From Chitinophaga pinensis (lineage in GTDB: Bacteria > Bacteroidota > Bacteroidia > 2-12-FULL-35-15), in assembly GCA_945865315.1 (NCBI GenBank), contig CAMBDK010000001.1, positions 4,378 to 68,377 of the forward strand: a DNA stretch of 64,000 bases. Reading direction: 5' to 3'. This document shows, piece after piece, positions 50,043 to 60,492 of this stretch; the first letter of the stretch is position 1, and the number at the start of each line of letters is the position of its first letter. Below the pieces are notes generated by a model, which had not been told where the DNA came from, searched no databases, and saw only the letters and a list, made by a program, of their open reading frames with translations. The position numbers were made by a program, and so were the translations under genes.

Positions 50043-50672
50043 TTACCAATGGGTGCCCTCAAATAAATGTGGGTAATGCGCTTTTAATTCACTAATAAAT
50101 AATTCGTAGGGAACATCATCGAAATTACCATAATCGTGGAGATATTCCATATACTGATTCCCTTCCTGATTGAAGGATTGAAAAATAGAATCTTCTAAAC
50201 CATTAAATTCAAGAGGCTCAACATTTAATTTTACGCAGAGTTCTTTATTGAATGCCGGAGTAGCTTTAACCCATTTATCGTTCAGGAAAAACTCTGTATA
50301 GCCATGAAAAACAAGAACATTGGTTTTTAAAATTTGTTCTAATTTATCAGTTCCAATATGATTACGAACCTTAGCAAATCCCAAACGGCTTGGTATGCCA
50401 GCCGCCCTTGCACAAGCTCCAAGTAAACAAGCTTTCTCAACACAGTAACCATGATTTCGTTTAAGCAATGAACTTGCTTTTAGTGCCTCCCGATTTAAAT
50501 TAATGTCGAATGGGTTATAGATAAATTCATCCCTAACAGCATAATAAAGTTTTACAGCTTTTTCTATAGGAGTAGTAGCATTTCCTATTTTATTTTGAGT
50601 AAAACGCATTACTTCTACCGAATCACTATTAATGAATTCTGCTGGCCGAAGATAAATTTCATTCATAATCAT
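50043..50672 (-). CDS. Transglutaminase-like cysteine peptidase superfamily protein (stand-alone core domain)
   Basis: GYCVEKACLLGACARAAGIPSRL (catalytic Cys in the G-x-C motif followed by ..R..GIP(A/S)R) and downstream VLVFHGYTEF (His). Cys-His-Asp core of PF01841-type domains. 209 aa. Confidence 0.6.
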   Translation of the reverse strand: MIMNEIYLRPAEFINSDSVEVMRFTQNKIGNATTPIEKAVKLYYAVRDEFIYNPFDINLNREALKASSLLKRNHGYCVEKACLLGACARAAGIPSRLGFAKVRNHIGTDKLEQILKTNVLVFHGYTEFFLNDKWVKATPAFNKELCVKLNVEPLEFNGLEDSIFQSFNQEGNQYMEYLHDYGNFDDVPYELFISELKAHYPHLFEGTHW

Positions 50673-50794
50673 TTTTTTTTGTCCTATTTGATAGGTTTGT
50701 GAGATTATAATATATGTTTACTAGGTTTTATTTTACTAATAGATTTTGCGCTTAATTTTATTTTAATATTGTACTAAATAATTAAAAACAATAT

Positions 50795-51409
50795 TTATCT
50801 TAATGGTTTAGTAACTCTTTTCCTTGGGAAATGGAGGTGTTTGTTTACAACAATTCTGCAATCTAGAATTTGGTGGAGGTTACCATATTCTGATTTTATT
50901 TTTCTTTCTATCTTTTCTATCCCCCTGCTGTCAAATCTGTCTTGTTGCAATGCATCTAATACAAGCAGTTCGAAAGCTGTTGCTATCATCCAGTCTACTT
51001 CCTGTTTATAGCCAATGGCTGCAATGGCGTTGGTTTTTTTAAGAAAAGACTGAATGGTTCTTCCTGCTGCATTTAATGTTTCGCAGGAAGCAAAAAATAT
51101 AACTTTTCCTTTTGCAGAATCTTCAAGAATCAAGGCTAAATCATTCAGAGAGTAGGTATTTTTATGTGTGATGTATATTTGTCCTTTTTTACCATGGAAT
51201 GCTAAATAAAGAATTGGATATTTTGTGATGATTGATTTTTGTTTCCATTTTTTTAAAAAAAACTCTAATTCTTCCTTTGTAGCGCAGGTTTGATAAATAT
51301 AATTGCAGATACTACCTTTGTGCAATAATTCAAGAATTGGTAGCACAGTAGATTTGTTATTAAGATTTTGATCCCATAATCCTTCTAAGCAATAAATGCC
51401 TTTTTTCAT
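50795..51409 (-). CDS. Hypothetical protein with caspase/CHAT-like His...Cys dyad signature (tentative)
   Basis: ..YPILYLAFHGKKGQ..(39 aa)..GKVIFFASCETLNAAG. This is a beta-strand-HG ... hydrophobic-strand-(A/S)C arrangement with caspase-fold spacing. No family recognised with confidence. 204 aa. Same strand as, and 122 bp upstream of, the transglutaminase-like gene. Confidence 0.3.
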   Translation of the reverse strand: MKKGIYCLEGLWDQNLNNKSTVLPILELLHKGSICNYIYQTCATKEELEFFLKKWKQKSIITKYPILYLAFHGKKGQIYITHKNTYSLNDLALILEDSAKGKVIFFASCETLNAAGRTIQSFLKKTNAIAAIGYKQEVDWMIATAFELLVLDALQQDRFDSRGIEKIERKIKSEYGNLHQILDCRIVVNKHLHFPRKRVTKPLR

Positions 51410-51800
51410 TATATTATTAATTTGTATTCATTTGTGCATACGAATTTACAAATAAGCATTTCGATAAATAGCAGGAATAATTTATATTTGTTTAAATTTG
51501 TTGTAGTTTTTTGTACCTTGCTGAAATTCAGGGCAATACATTCCAATTGAAAAAAAAGGCTAGATTATAATTAAAATTTGGATTTTATTAATTAAAACCC
51601 CAAATAAGTAATTTCAAGTATTTGAAAGTGAGTACCTTATGATTTATCTGTAATTGTTTAGGTTAGCACATTAATTTATAAATTTGTAGGATGTGCTTTG
51701 CTCGTGTATTTTTAATTTCGAGTAATTATTTAGATTTTTTTATTGTATTTGTTTGAATATCATCATTTTGTTTTTTTTAAAATAATTTTAATATTTTTTT

Positions 51801-53519
51801 ATGAAACTAAACACCTACTTTTTTTTTCGAATTACAATACTAATATTTCTGTTTGTAAAAACTAGTTCAGCGCAATGGTCTGGTTCTACGGCTTTAAATA
51901 CACTTGTTTGTAACGATTTAGGCAAACAAATTGATTTAAGGATGAGTGAGGATGGTAAAGGAGGAGCTTTTGTAGTCTGGGAGGATTATAGAAGCAGCGG
52001 CGGGTTTGGGTTGCCTGATATTTACATTCAATATTTGGATTCAGCAGGTTATCCTCAGTGGGAGGCTAATGGCATAGGTCTGTGCAAGGAATCATCCGAA
52101 CAAAATACCCCTGCTATTGTAACAGATATGTCGGGTGGGGTAATTGTTGCTTGGTCCGATTGGCGATCAGGTATTGAACGTGATATTTATGCGCAGCGAA
52201 TTAATGCGCAAGGTATAGTAATGTGGACGATTGACGGTGTGGGCGTAGCCAATAAACTAGAGCGAGAGAATAACGCAAAAATAATTAGTGATGGGGCTGG
52301 CGGTGCAATAATTGTTTGGGAACAGTTAGGTAATAGTGGTCTTTGGGATTTATTTGCCCAAAGGATAGATTCCTTGGGGGCTCCAGTATGGCAGCTTGGT
52401 GGATTGCCTATTTGCACGGTTAATGCTCAAAAGGTAAATCCAAAAATACAAAAAGATGGTAAAGGAGGCGCTATAATTACATGGCAAGATTATAGAAATT
52501 TAACCGACTATGATATTTATGCGCAACGATTAAGCCCTACTGGTGCATTACTTTGGGGTGTAGGTGCTAAGGCTATTTGTTCTGCCCAAGGTGCGCAAGT
52601 AGATCCTAAAATTGATCCGGATTCTATTACAGGAGGTGCTTATATTGTTTGGATAGATAAAAGAAATTTAACGGATTATGATATTTATGCGCAAAAGTTA
52701 GATGAAAATGGAAATATTTTATGGGCAATTGACGGGCTTAATGTTACAAATGCAATAGGCAATCAAAGTGCTCATGATATTTTAAGCAATGGAAGTATAA
52801 CCAATGGTTTAATTGTAACATGGAAAGATAATCGCTCCGGAGAGCTTGATATATATGCTCAGAAATTAAGTCCTGTGGGTATTAAACAATGGGGAAATAG
52901 TGATACACCTATCTGTAATTCAACATCAGATCAGTTAAATCCTAATATCGTAGATGATGCTGCCGGAGGAGCTATAATTGTATGGGAGGATTATTCTTCT
53001 TTTATTGAAAAGGATATAAAAAGCCAACGAATAAATAGTAATGGAATAATTCAATGGGATTTAAATGGTGTATTTGTTTCTAATGCTATAGCCAATCAGT
53101 CGAGCCCCAAAAATATTACTGATAATAAAGGAGGTGCTATTTTTGCTTGGCAAGATAAACGCAATGACGCTAATACAGAAAATGATATTTATGCACATCA
53201 CTTATATGCGGATGGTTCTTTTAATATGAGTATTAATGAAAAGATAGGGCTACCCGAAATAATTGTATTTCCAAATCCGTTTATTGACGACTTAAATATT
53301 TTAATAAATTTAAAGAGCGAGGAATCTATTTTAGTTCACTTGCATGATATCCTTGGTCGTCAATTATCCATTGGTATTTCAAAAAAATATAGTTCTTCAA
53401 ATGAAAGCCTGGTAATGAAAATAGAAACAGAAAAAACAAATTTGCCGGCTGGCATTTATTTTTTAAAGGTAAATGGAGCTAACTGGACAAAAACAATAAA
53501 AGTTATAAAAGGAAAATAG
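51801..53519 (+). CDS. Secreted repeat (beta-propeller-like) protein with T9SS type-A C-terminal domain
   Basis: Signal peptide. At least 7 repeats of ~45-55 aa ending in DIYAQR(I/L)..G...W (DIYAQRINAQGIVMW, DLFAQRIDSLGAPVW, DIYAQRLSPTGALLW, DIYAQKLDENGNILW, DIYAQKLSPVGIKQW, DIKSQRINSNGIIQW, DIYAHHLYADGSF). C-terminus FPNPFIDDLNILI..GIYFLKV.. is a Por_Secre_tail domain. Confidence 0.55.
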   Translation: MKLNTYFFFRITILIFLFVKTSSAQWSGSTALNTLVCNDLGKQIDLRMSEDGKGGAFVVWEDYRSSGGFGLPDIYIQYLDSAGYPQWEANGIGLCKESSEQNTPAIVTDMSGGVIVAWSDWRSGIERDIYAQRINAQGIVMWTIDGVGVANKLERENNAKIISDGAGGAIIVWEQLGNSGLWDLFAQRIDSLGAPVWQLGGLPICTVNAQKVNPKIQKDGKGGAIITWQDYRNLTDYDIYAQRLSPTGALLWGVGAKAICSAQGAQVDPKIDPDSITGGAYIVWIDKRNLTDYDIYAQKLDENGNILWAIDGLNVTNAIGNQSAHDILSNGSITNGLIVTWKDNRSGELDIYAQKLSPVGIKQWGNSDTPICNSTSDQLNPNIVDDAAGGAIIVWEDYSSFIEKDIKSQRINSNGIIQWDLNGVFVSNAIANQSSPKNITDNKGGAIFAWQDKRNDANTENDIYAHHLYADGSFNMSINEKIGLPEIIVFPNPFIDDLNILINLKSEESILVHLHDILGRQLSIGISKKYSSSNESLVMKIETEKTNLPAGIYFLKVNGANWTKTIKVIKGK

Positions 53520-53601
53520 CATGTTAAATAACATTTTTTTATTAGATTTTTTGTTGATGTTCAATATAAAAAAGCAATATTAAAATAAAAAAGAGCTTAT
53601 T

Positions 53602-56157
53602 TTAACCACATTTATTATTACCACAATTTTTGCATTTGATGCATCCCTCTTCAAATATTAAGCCGTCGGTGCTAGTGCATTCAGCACATTTATTTTCTAC
53701 AGATTTAGTACCATCGGGTATGAATTTTTTTAGGGCACGCACCACACCTGTTTTCCAAGTGTTGATATTTTCGGTATATAAATTTAAGTTGCTAATTAAT
53801 CCAACTACATGCGGTAAAGGCATTCCATGGCGCAATACTCCAGAAATAAATTTCGCATAATTCCAGTATTCTTTATTAAATGTTTTGGAGAGACCTTCAA
53901 TGTTAACTTTTACGCCATCTTTATTCATGAATTGAAAGTCATATCGTTTTTTGGAATCGGCACCTAAATTTTTAATTATCCAGCCTCTTTCAACCCATTT
54001 AGGTATATCCAATGAATGGTCCGTTTGTCCTGTAAATACTTCGTATGGTCTACCATTAAGAATACCCACAAAGGCAATCCATTTTTCATCCTGATTCATA
54101 AAACGAACAATTTCCGCCTCTAATATTTTTGGTCGTTTGGGAGAATTGATATCATTGATAACATTAAGTTCTGTAATATTTTCTGAAGAAATTAATACCC
54201 CGGTTCTTGAGCCCTCACGATAAACAGTAATTCCCTTGAGGCCTTTTATCCAAGCTTCTTGATAAATTTGCCCAACTTTATTTACAGAAACATCATTTGG
54301 TAAATTAATGGTTGAACTGATAGAGTGTGTTGTATATTTTTGCACGATAGCTTGTAATTCAATTCGTTTTAACCAATTGATTTCTTTTGCCGTTGAACCC
54401 AGATAAGGACTTTTATTTATGTCGGTTTGCCCTGTAATTTCCATCCATAATTTTAATTTATGATGATAAACAGTAAATTCCTGCCAATGGTCGCCCAAAG
54501 GATCTATAAAATCTACTTTTATATTTTTATCAAGAGGGTTTAATTTTCTTCTGCGGATATAGGATAGCATATAAACAGGTTCAATGCCTGAGGATGATTG
54601 CGCTAGCAAACTTGTTGTACCAGTTGGAGCAACAGTACTTATTGAAATATTTCTTCTGCCATGCTTAAGCATGCGGGAATAAACATGAGGCAATTCATTT
54701 TTTAGCATTTGAACGAATTCTGATTTTGTATCAATTTCAGGGTCAAAATCAGCAAACTTTCCACGTTGAATAGCCATGTCTATGGAGCTATCAAATTCAG
54801 CTTCGCATTTTATTTTCATTATTTTCTCCACTTCCACCATCGCCTCATCAGAGTCGAATTTAAATCCGAGGCCTGCTAACATATCGCCAAGAGCAGTAAA
54901 TCCTAATCCTGTTCTTCTTCCTTTTTCTCCTGCATTGTATAATAGTTTCCAGGTATTTACTTCCACTTCTTTAATATAGTCTGGCTCGGCATCACTTTGT
55001 ATTTTAGCCAATATTTTTTCTATAGCTTCGAGTTCCAAGTCAACCAAATCATCCATCAAACGCTGTGCTTCATAAGTAATGGTATAAAATTTTGTATAAT
55101 TAAATTTTGCCGATGGAGTGAATGGCTGATCAATAAAGTTGAATAAATTAAGGGCAATTAGTCTACAGCTGTCTCCTCCCTGCATGGCAATTTCAGAGCA
55201 TGGGTTAGTAGAAACATTTTTAAACCCAGGATATATAGAAGATGTGGAATAGAAATGTTGCCGGTCCCAAAATATTAAACCCGGCTCTGCCGATTTATGA
55301 GCGCTATTAATGATTGAATTCCAAAGTGTTTTCGCTTTAATTACTTTTGAATATTTTGGTTTGTCGGTATTAATGGGCCAATGTAATGTGAAATTATCAT
55401 CTTGCAATACGGCTTGCATAAATTTATCAGAAAGACGAATTGAAATATTAGCACCTGTAATTTTTGTTAGGTCTTGTTTTATAGTAACAAATTGTTCAAT
55501 ATCAGGATGAGCAATATCAATGGTAATCATTAATGCACCTCTTCTTCCATTTTGAGCAACTTCTCTTGTGGTATTAGAAAATCGTTCCATAAAGGAGACA
55601 GCACCTGTAGTTGTGCCAGCAGCGTTTGAAACATTCATGCCAGCGGGCCTTAAGGTGGAAATGTCTATTCCTACCCCGCATCTTCTTTTGAAGAGTTGCA
55701 CCAGCTGTTGGTCGGTATAGGATATTCCACCGTAGGAGTCATATATTTCAGGCAAAACGACGCAATTGGATAAAGAAGCAATAATATTTGCATTACCCAA
55801 AGTTGACATTACACTTCCTTGTGGAATAATATATTTGAAATCTTTAAAATAATTAAATATTTCCTTTTCATCTAATAATTTTCTTTTCTTACCGTAGGCT
55901 GAAAGATTTGCATTGTTTACATTAAGATTTTGTATTGTTGCATATTCTTTTTCTTTTCTGGCGAATTCTTTCGCCATGCGCAGGTGCATGTCATCTGGAG
56001 AAAGTTCAATAAAATTTTTGTTTTTATCTTTTAAAGCATATTTTGAGATCCACGTAGTAGCAGCGAGTTCATCTCCGTGAAAATAGGCAATGCATTTTTC
56101 AAGAACCGAGTCGTAGGAATAAATTTCGACAATATTTTTTTCTGCTTTTTTTGTCAT
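53602..56157 (-). CDS. nrdJ: Adenosylcobalamin-dependent ribonucleoside-diphosphate reductase (class II RNR)
   Basis: About 851 aa. RNR active-site block STNPCSEIAMQ (NPC(G/S)EI). C-terminal Cys cluster CAEC..CIKCKNCGNNKCG is typical of monomeric/dimeric class II NrdJ. No NrdA-type ATP cone or tyrosyl radical partner is visible in the window. Confidence 0.7.
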   Translation of the reverse strand: MTKKAEKNIVEIYSYDSVLEKCIAYFHGDELAATTWISKYALKDKNKNFIELSPDDMHLRMAKEFARKEKEYATIQNLNVNNANLSAYGKKRKLLDEKEIFNYFKDFKYIIPQGSVMSTLGNANIIASLSNCVVLPEIYDSYGGISYTDQQLVQLFKRRCGVGIDISTLRPAGMNVSNAAGTTTGAVSFMERFSNTTREVAQNGRRGALMITIDIAHPDIEQFVTIKQDLTKITGANISIRLSDKFMQAVLQDDNFTLHWPINTDKPKYSKVIKAKTLWNSIINSAHKSAEPGLIFWDRQHFYSTSSIYPGFKNVSTNPCSEIAMQGGDSCRLIALNLFNFIDQPFTPSAKFNYTKFYTITYEAQRLMDDLVDLELEAIEKILAKIQSDAEPDYIKEVEVNTWKLLYNAGEKGRRTGLGFTALGDMLAGLGFKFDSDEAMVEVEKIMKIKCEAEFDSSIDMAIQRGKFADFDPEIDTKSEFVQMLKNELPHVYSRMLKHGRRNISISTVAPTGTTSLLAQSSSGIEPVYMLSYIRRRKLNPLDKNIKVDFIDPLGDHWQEFTVYHHKLKLWMEITGQTDINKSPYLGSTAKEINWLKRIELQAIVQKYTTHSISSTINLPNDVSVNKVGQIYQEAWIKGLKGITVYREGSRTGVLISSENITELNVINDINSPKRPKILEAEIVRFMNQDEKWIAFVGILNGRPYEVFTGQTDHSLDIPKWVERGWIIKNLGADSKKRYDFQFMNKDGVKVNIEGLSKTFNKEYWNYAKFISGVLRHGMPLPHVVGLISNLNLYTENINTWKTGVVRALKKFIPDGTKSVENKCAECTSTDGLIFEEGCIKCKNCGNNKCG

Positions 56158-56528
56158 TTAGCATTTCTCATTATTAAATAATTGTAATTTTTAATTTCTT
56201 CTCATTTAAATTTGTAATGCAATTTAAGTTTTAATTTGAGTTTTTTATTTGTTTTTTATCAACATCTCAATCATTTTTTTACACTCATATTTAGTTTTAT
56301 TCCTATTGTTTTGAAATTTAATTGATTGTTTTATGACTCATCGGCATATTTTTAGATCATTTTTTTAAAAATAGGCGATGGTATTTGGTTTAAATACTAA
56401 GGATTTATTAAAAAAATTAGACAGGCTTATATTAATTGATTATGTTTATTCATTAAATATTTAGTAAAATATGATTTGTCTAAATTAGATTTTTACAATA
56501 TATTTTTTCATGTTAGTTATATCATATT

Positions 56529-57713
56529 ATGATTTCTGTAGAAGAAGCTCTGAAATTAATTAAAGACAATACAAGAACAATTGCTTCATCACAAGTTGCT
56601 ATTGCTAATTCCTTAGGAGGCATCCTTCAGCGAGATATGTTATCTTCTGTAAATTTACCTCTTTTTGATCAATCTTCCATGGATGGATATGCAATACGAT
56701 ATTCAGATTTTATTAATAATAATGTAATAAAAATTAAAGGGGAGGTTGCTGCGGGTAGTTTTTATAAAAAAAAACTAAATAGCGGCGATGCGATAAGAAT
56801 TTATACAGGAGCAGCGCTTCCGGAAGGCTTGGACACTGTGGTTGTGCAGGAAAAAGTGAGGACTGAAAATGGTTGTCTAATTATTTGTGATCCTTCACTT
56901 AAAAAAGGTGCAAATATTCGTATTGCTGGTTCACAAATAAAAAAAGGAGAAATTGCACTATCCAAAGGGACCTTTATTAGACCAGGCACAATAGGGTATA
57001 TGGCAGCAATGGGTAAAACCAAAGTGAAAATTATTTCTAAACCTGTAATTTCAATTATTGTTACTGGAAGTGAATTAATAAAGCCGGGAGATAAATTAAG
57101 TAGGGGGCAGATATATGAATCAAATTCATATTTACTAGTTGCCGTTTTGGAATCAATTGGATTGAAAGCTCAAAATATTTTAACAGTAAAAGATGATGAA
57201 AAAGAAATTTACATGGCATTGAAAAATGCGGTACATAATTCAGATTTAGTTATAGTTACTGGTGGTATTTCAGTAGGAGATTATGATTTTACAGAAATGT
57301 CATTAAAGAAAATTGGTGTCAAAAATATTTTTTACAAAGTAAAACAAAGGCCAGGAAAACCTTTATTTTTTGGTAAATATAGAAGCACTTTAATTTTTGG
57401 ATTACCCGGTAATCCGGCAGCAGTACTTAGTTGTTTTTATGAATATGTATTTCCAGCGCTAAAAATTATGCAGGGGTTTAAAGAACCATTTTTATCAAAA
57501 AGAATGATTCCAATAGGTAGTAGTTATGATAAAAAAAATGGTCTTGCATTTTTTTTGAAAGGTAAAATTTTTGAAAACATTGTTTATCCTTTGGATGGGC
57601 AGGAATCATTCAACTTAAGCTCGTTTGCCATCGCCGATTGTCTTATTTATTTGCCAGAAGTATCTGAAAATATTGAAAAGGGACAGCTGGTAGAGGTGCA
57701 TATTTTGCCTTAA
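56529..57713 (+). CDS. moeA: Molybdopterin molybdotransferase
   Basis: MISVEEAL..LPLFDQSSMDGYAIR..GAALPEG.DTVV..GGISVGDYD.. is collinear with MoeA. Confidence 0.8.
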   Translation: MISVEEALKLIKDNTRTIASSQVAIANSLGGILQRDMLSSVNLPLFDQSSMDGYAIRYSDFINNNVIKIKGEVAAGSFYKKKLNSGDAIRIYTGAALPEGLDTVVVQEKVRTENGCLIICDPSLKKGANIRIAGSQIKKGEIALSKGTFIRPGTIGYMAAMGKTKVKIISKPVISIIVTGSELIKPGDKLSRGQIYESNSYLLVAVLESIGLKAQNILTVKDDEKEIYMALKNAVHNSDLVIVTGGISVGDYDFTEMSLKKIGVKNIFYKVKQRPGKPLFFGKYRSTLIFGLPGNPAAVLSCFYEYVFPALKIMQGFKEPFLSKRMIPIGSSYDKKNGLAFFLKGKIFENIVYPLDGQESFNLSSFAIADCLIYLPEVSENIEKGQLVEVHILP

Positions 57714-57931
57714 AAGAATTAATAATTGTTTTATTATATAATTATTTAATAATTTTTATTTTTATAAGATTTTCTTCAAAAAACAATTTGAGGTTTTATC
57801 TCCCCCTCCAATGCCTGAGATAGCTGCCAACAGGATTAAAAGAACAGAAAAATATAGTGGTAAAAAACGTTTGTTGTAAATAAAATTATAATTTCACAGG
57901 ATACTGTTATCCAAAAAGGTCCTTGTAAACA

Positions 57932-58948
57932 ATGAAAAACAGAACATTTTATATTTTTATATTATTGATATTATCTGCAAAAATGAATGCGCAGGTATTC
58001 GATACTGTATTTGAATACGATAAAGTTATAGTTTATGATACCATAAAAGTTTATGATACCGTAAAAGTAGAAGATAAAATATTGAAAAAATTACAAGGTT
58101 TTGAAAATAATTTTGAAAATAATTTTAATGCTGAAAGCGCTGTGTTAGCAATTGATACAGCCAGTAAAAAAGCAGAATTAGTACTCTTTAATAAAAATGA
58201 TACTGCAACCATTTCAATTAATAGCATCATACTAAGTGAACCAAATAAAAACTTAGAAAAAATGAAAAAAGAAATCTTATTATTGGCTGCTGCAGCAATG
58301 CTGAATCAGTCAGGTTTTGCTCAGGAAGGCAAAACAAATACCGCTACAAGCGAAGAAACTCTTCCCGGATTTACAATTGGTGTGGGGGCTGTTTTGGCTG
58401 CCACTATGGATGGATATGTCCAAGGGATACATTTGAAAGCAAACAAATTTGTTAATTCAAAATTAGGGTTTGGCATTAGCAGTGATATTGGAAGAATGCA
58501 TGAGAAAGGCTTTAATGGGGGAAGTGAAGTTGGAAATTTAGTAATAGGAAATACTAGTGGTCTCTATGCCAATTTTTTTGCTACCGCAAGCTATTACTTA
58601 TTGGGCAAAACAACAAGTAAAGCGGGCATGTATACTAAGTTAGGGATTGGAGTTCTTGGATACAGGACAGAACAAACTCAATCGGCAGTTGGCTATAGTA
58701 ATGTGTCTAAATCTAAATTATCAGCATCAAGTTTTTCTTCACAACTTTGTTTGGGCGTGGATTTCAAGCTTGGTAATGGAAGAGTGTTTACAGAAATTGA
58801 TGCCCTTCCGAGTTTTGTTGGACAGCGATCTCTTGTTATACTAAATTCCGATCCACCAGACCCAGCCTATAAAACAGTATTTCCTGATTGGAATTTTAAA
58901 AAACCATTGCAATCTAGTTTTCGCATTGGTTATGTAATCAATTTTTAA
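57932..58948 (+). CDS. Hypothetical outer-membrane (beta-barrel-like) protein; ORF contains two in-frame signal peptides
   Basis: N-terminal MKNRTFYIFILLILSAKMNAQ, and a second textbook signal peptide at codon 111 (MKKEILLLAAAAMLNQSGFAQ, ATG at 58262). C-terminal alternating hydrophobic strands ending in ..RIGYVINF (terminal Phe) suggest an OM beta-barrel. Confidence 0.4.
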   Translation: MKNRTFYIFILLILSAKMNAQVFDTVFEYDKVIVYDTIKVYDTVKVEDKILKKLQGFENNFENNFNAESAVLAIDTASKKAELVLFNKNDTATISINSIILSEPNKNLEKMKKEILLLAAAAMLNQSGFAQEGKTNTATSEETLPGFTIGVGAVLAATMDGYVQGIHLKANKFVNSKLGFGISSDIGRMHEKGFNGGSEVGNLVIGNTSGLYANFFATASYYLLGKTTSKAGMYTKLGIGVLGYRTEQTQSAVGYSNVSKSKLSASSFSSQLCLGVDFKLGNGRVFTEIDALPSFVGQRSLVILNSDPPDPAYKTVFPDWNFKKPLQSSFRIGYVINF

Positions 58949-59227
58949 ATTATTTGAGAGACTGCTTGTGAAAAAATTAAAGATGGTACAAAAAAAGCTG
59001 TTAGAAATAACAGTTTTTTTTGTATAAAGCAATATCATTTAAGAAATTTTTGTAAATATTCTTCTAATTTATTATTAACAATACAGATATTAACAATTGA
59101 AATATGGTCTGTCCGAATTATATTTAATAGGGAATTATATTAAATAGTATATTTAATTAGTGAAGTATTTACTAATGCGATATAAATATAATTTTTATGT
59201 TATAGTTTTTAATTTGAATTTTAAATC

Positions 59228-59971
59228 ATGCCTGAACATAATTTAATTTGGTTATTTATTCCTTCCTTATTTGTTATTGCATTTCTTTATAGTTCAGTTG
59301 GACATGGAGGAGCTAGTGGTTACCTGGCATTAATGGCCATATTTAGTTTTCATCCTTCCATAATGAAATCTTCTGCACTTATTCTGAATATTTTTGTTTC
59401 TTTTTTATCCTTTTATCAATATTATACTGGCGGTTATTTTAAATGGCGACTGCTTATCCCATTTTTAATTACTTCCATTCCCGCTTCATTTATTGGTTCA
59501 TCCATTACATTAGACGTCCTAGCGTATAAAAAAATTCTTGGTATACTACTTATTTTCCCAATACTTCGGATTGTTGGTATAATTGGTAAAGATGTGGATA
59601 CAATTAAAGAAGTTAACTTTTTTTGGGCATTAATAATCGGTGGCATTATTGGTTTAGTCTCAGGTTTGATAGGGATTGGTGGTGGTATTATTTTAAGCCC
59701 TATTATATTATTGATGCATTGGGGAAATATGAAAGAAACAGCAGCAGTATCCGCCTTGTTTATATTTTTAAACTCTATTGCCGGTTTAATTGGACTTTTT
59801 ATAAAAGATGCAGTAATTTACAATCCTATTTATTTTTGGATAATTGTTGTATTAGCAGGTGGATCCTTAGGCGCTTATTTGGGCCGAAGTAAATTTGAAA
59901 GTAAAACCTTAAAAAGAATTCTTGCATTTGTTTTAATTATAGCAAGTTTTAAGCTATTAACTGTGAACTAA
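59228..59971 (+). CDS. TauE/SafE (DUF81) family sulfite/anion exporter-like membrane protein
   Basis: 247 aa, two 4-TM halves with GGxxxG-type glycine motifs (GHGGASGY.., GIGGGIILSP). Confidence 0.7.
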   Translation: MPEHNLIWLFIPSLFVIAFLYSSVGHGGASGYLALMAIFSFHPSIMKSSALILNIFVSFLSFYQYYTGGYFKWRLLIPFLITSIPASFIGSSITLDVLAYKKILGILLIFPILRIVGIIGKDVDTIKEVNFFWALIIGGIIGLVSGLIGIGGGIILSPIILLMHWGNMKETAAVSALFIFLNSIAGLIGLFIKDAVIYNPIYFWIIVVLAGGSLGAYLGRSKFESKTLKRILAFVLIIASFKLLTVN

Positions 59972-60215
59972 TAATTATATATAAATTATGATAGACTTGT
60001 ATGTATATTTCAGTTTTATTTAATTTTTTTTATTTAAAATAATAGATCCATTTGAATATTTAAATCTTATTATTTATGCGGTTTGTTTATTTTAGGGGAA
60101 TTTAATTTTCATTTAGTAGCTCATCTTAATTTATGTGGAATAATATTTTGAGATAAATATTTTATAAAAAACGATAAATTGATTATTTATTTTTTAAAAA
60201 ACAACATAAGGTCTT

Positions 60216-60449
60216 ATGGATATGGAAGTGAAATTATTTGGTTCTTTGTCAGAAATGTTTGGTAAATCTATATTAAAAGTAAATGATTGTTATGATATTA
60301 AAACACTTAAAGAAAATTTGTTCATGGAATATCCAGAATTAAAGAATTGTGTATTTTTAATTTCCGTGGATAAAAAAGTAGTATTAAATAATCAGAAGCT
60401 TGAAGCAGAGAATGAAATTGCTTTTTTGCCACCATTTGCTGGTGGTTGA
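60216..60449 (+). CDS. moaD: Molybdopterin synthase sulfur-carrier subunit
   Basis: 77 aa, ubiquitin-like size, ends in ..PPFAGG (C-terminal Gly-Gly). Located directly upstream of moeB. Confidence 0.65.
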   Translation: MDMEVKLFGSLSEMFGKSILKVNDCYDIKTLKENLFMEYPELKNCVFLISVDKKVVLNNQKLEAENEIAFLPPFAGG

Positions 60450-60492
60450 TATAAAAGTATTGATTTTTTAAAATATAAAATTATTAAATTAT

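Noticed and set aside
56158-56528. Possible cobalamin riboswitch or NrdR box in the 370-bp divergent region upstream of the B12-dependent nrdJ
   Set aside because: I could not find the conserved B12-box (rAGYCMGgAgaCCkGCc-like core) or paired NrdR-box palindromes by eye. B12 riboswitches normally control B12-independent isozymes, not NrdJ.
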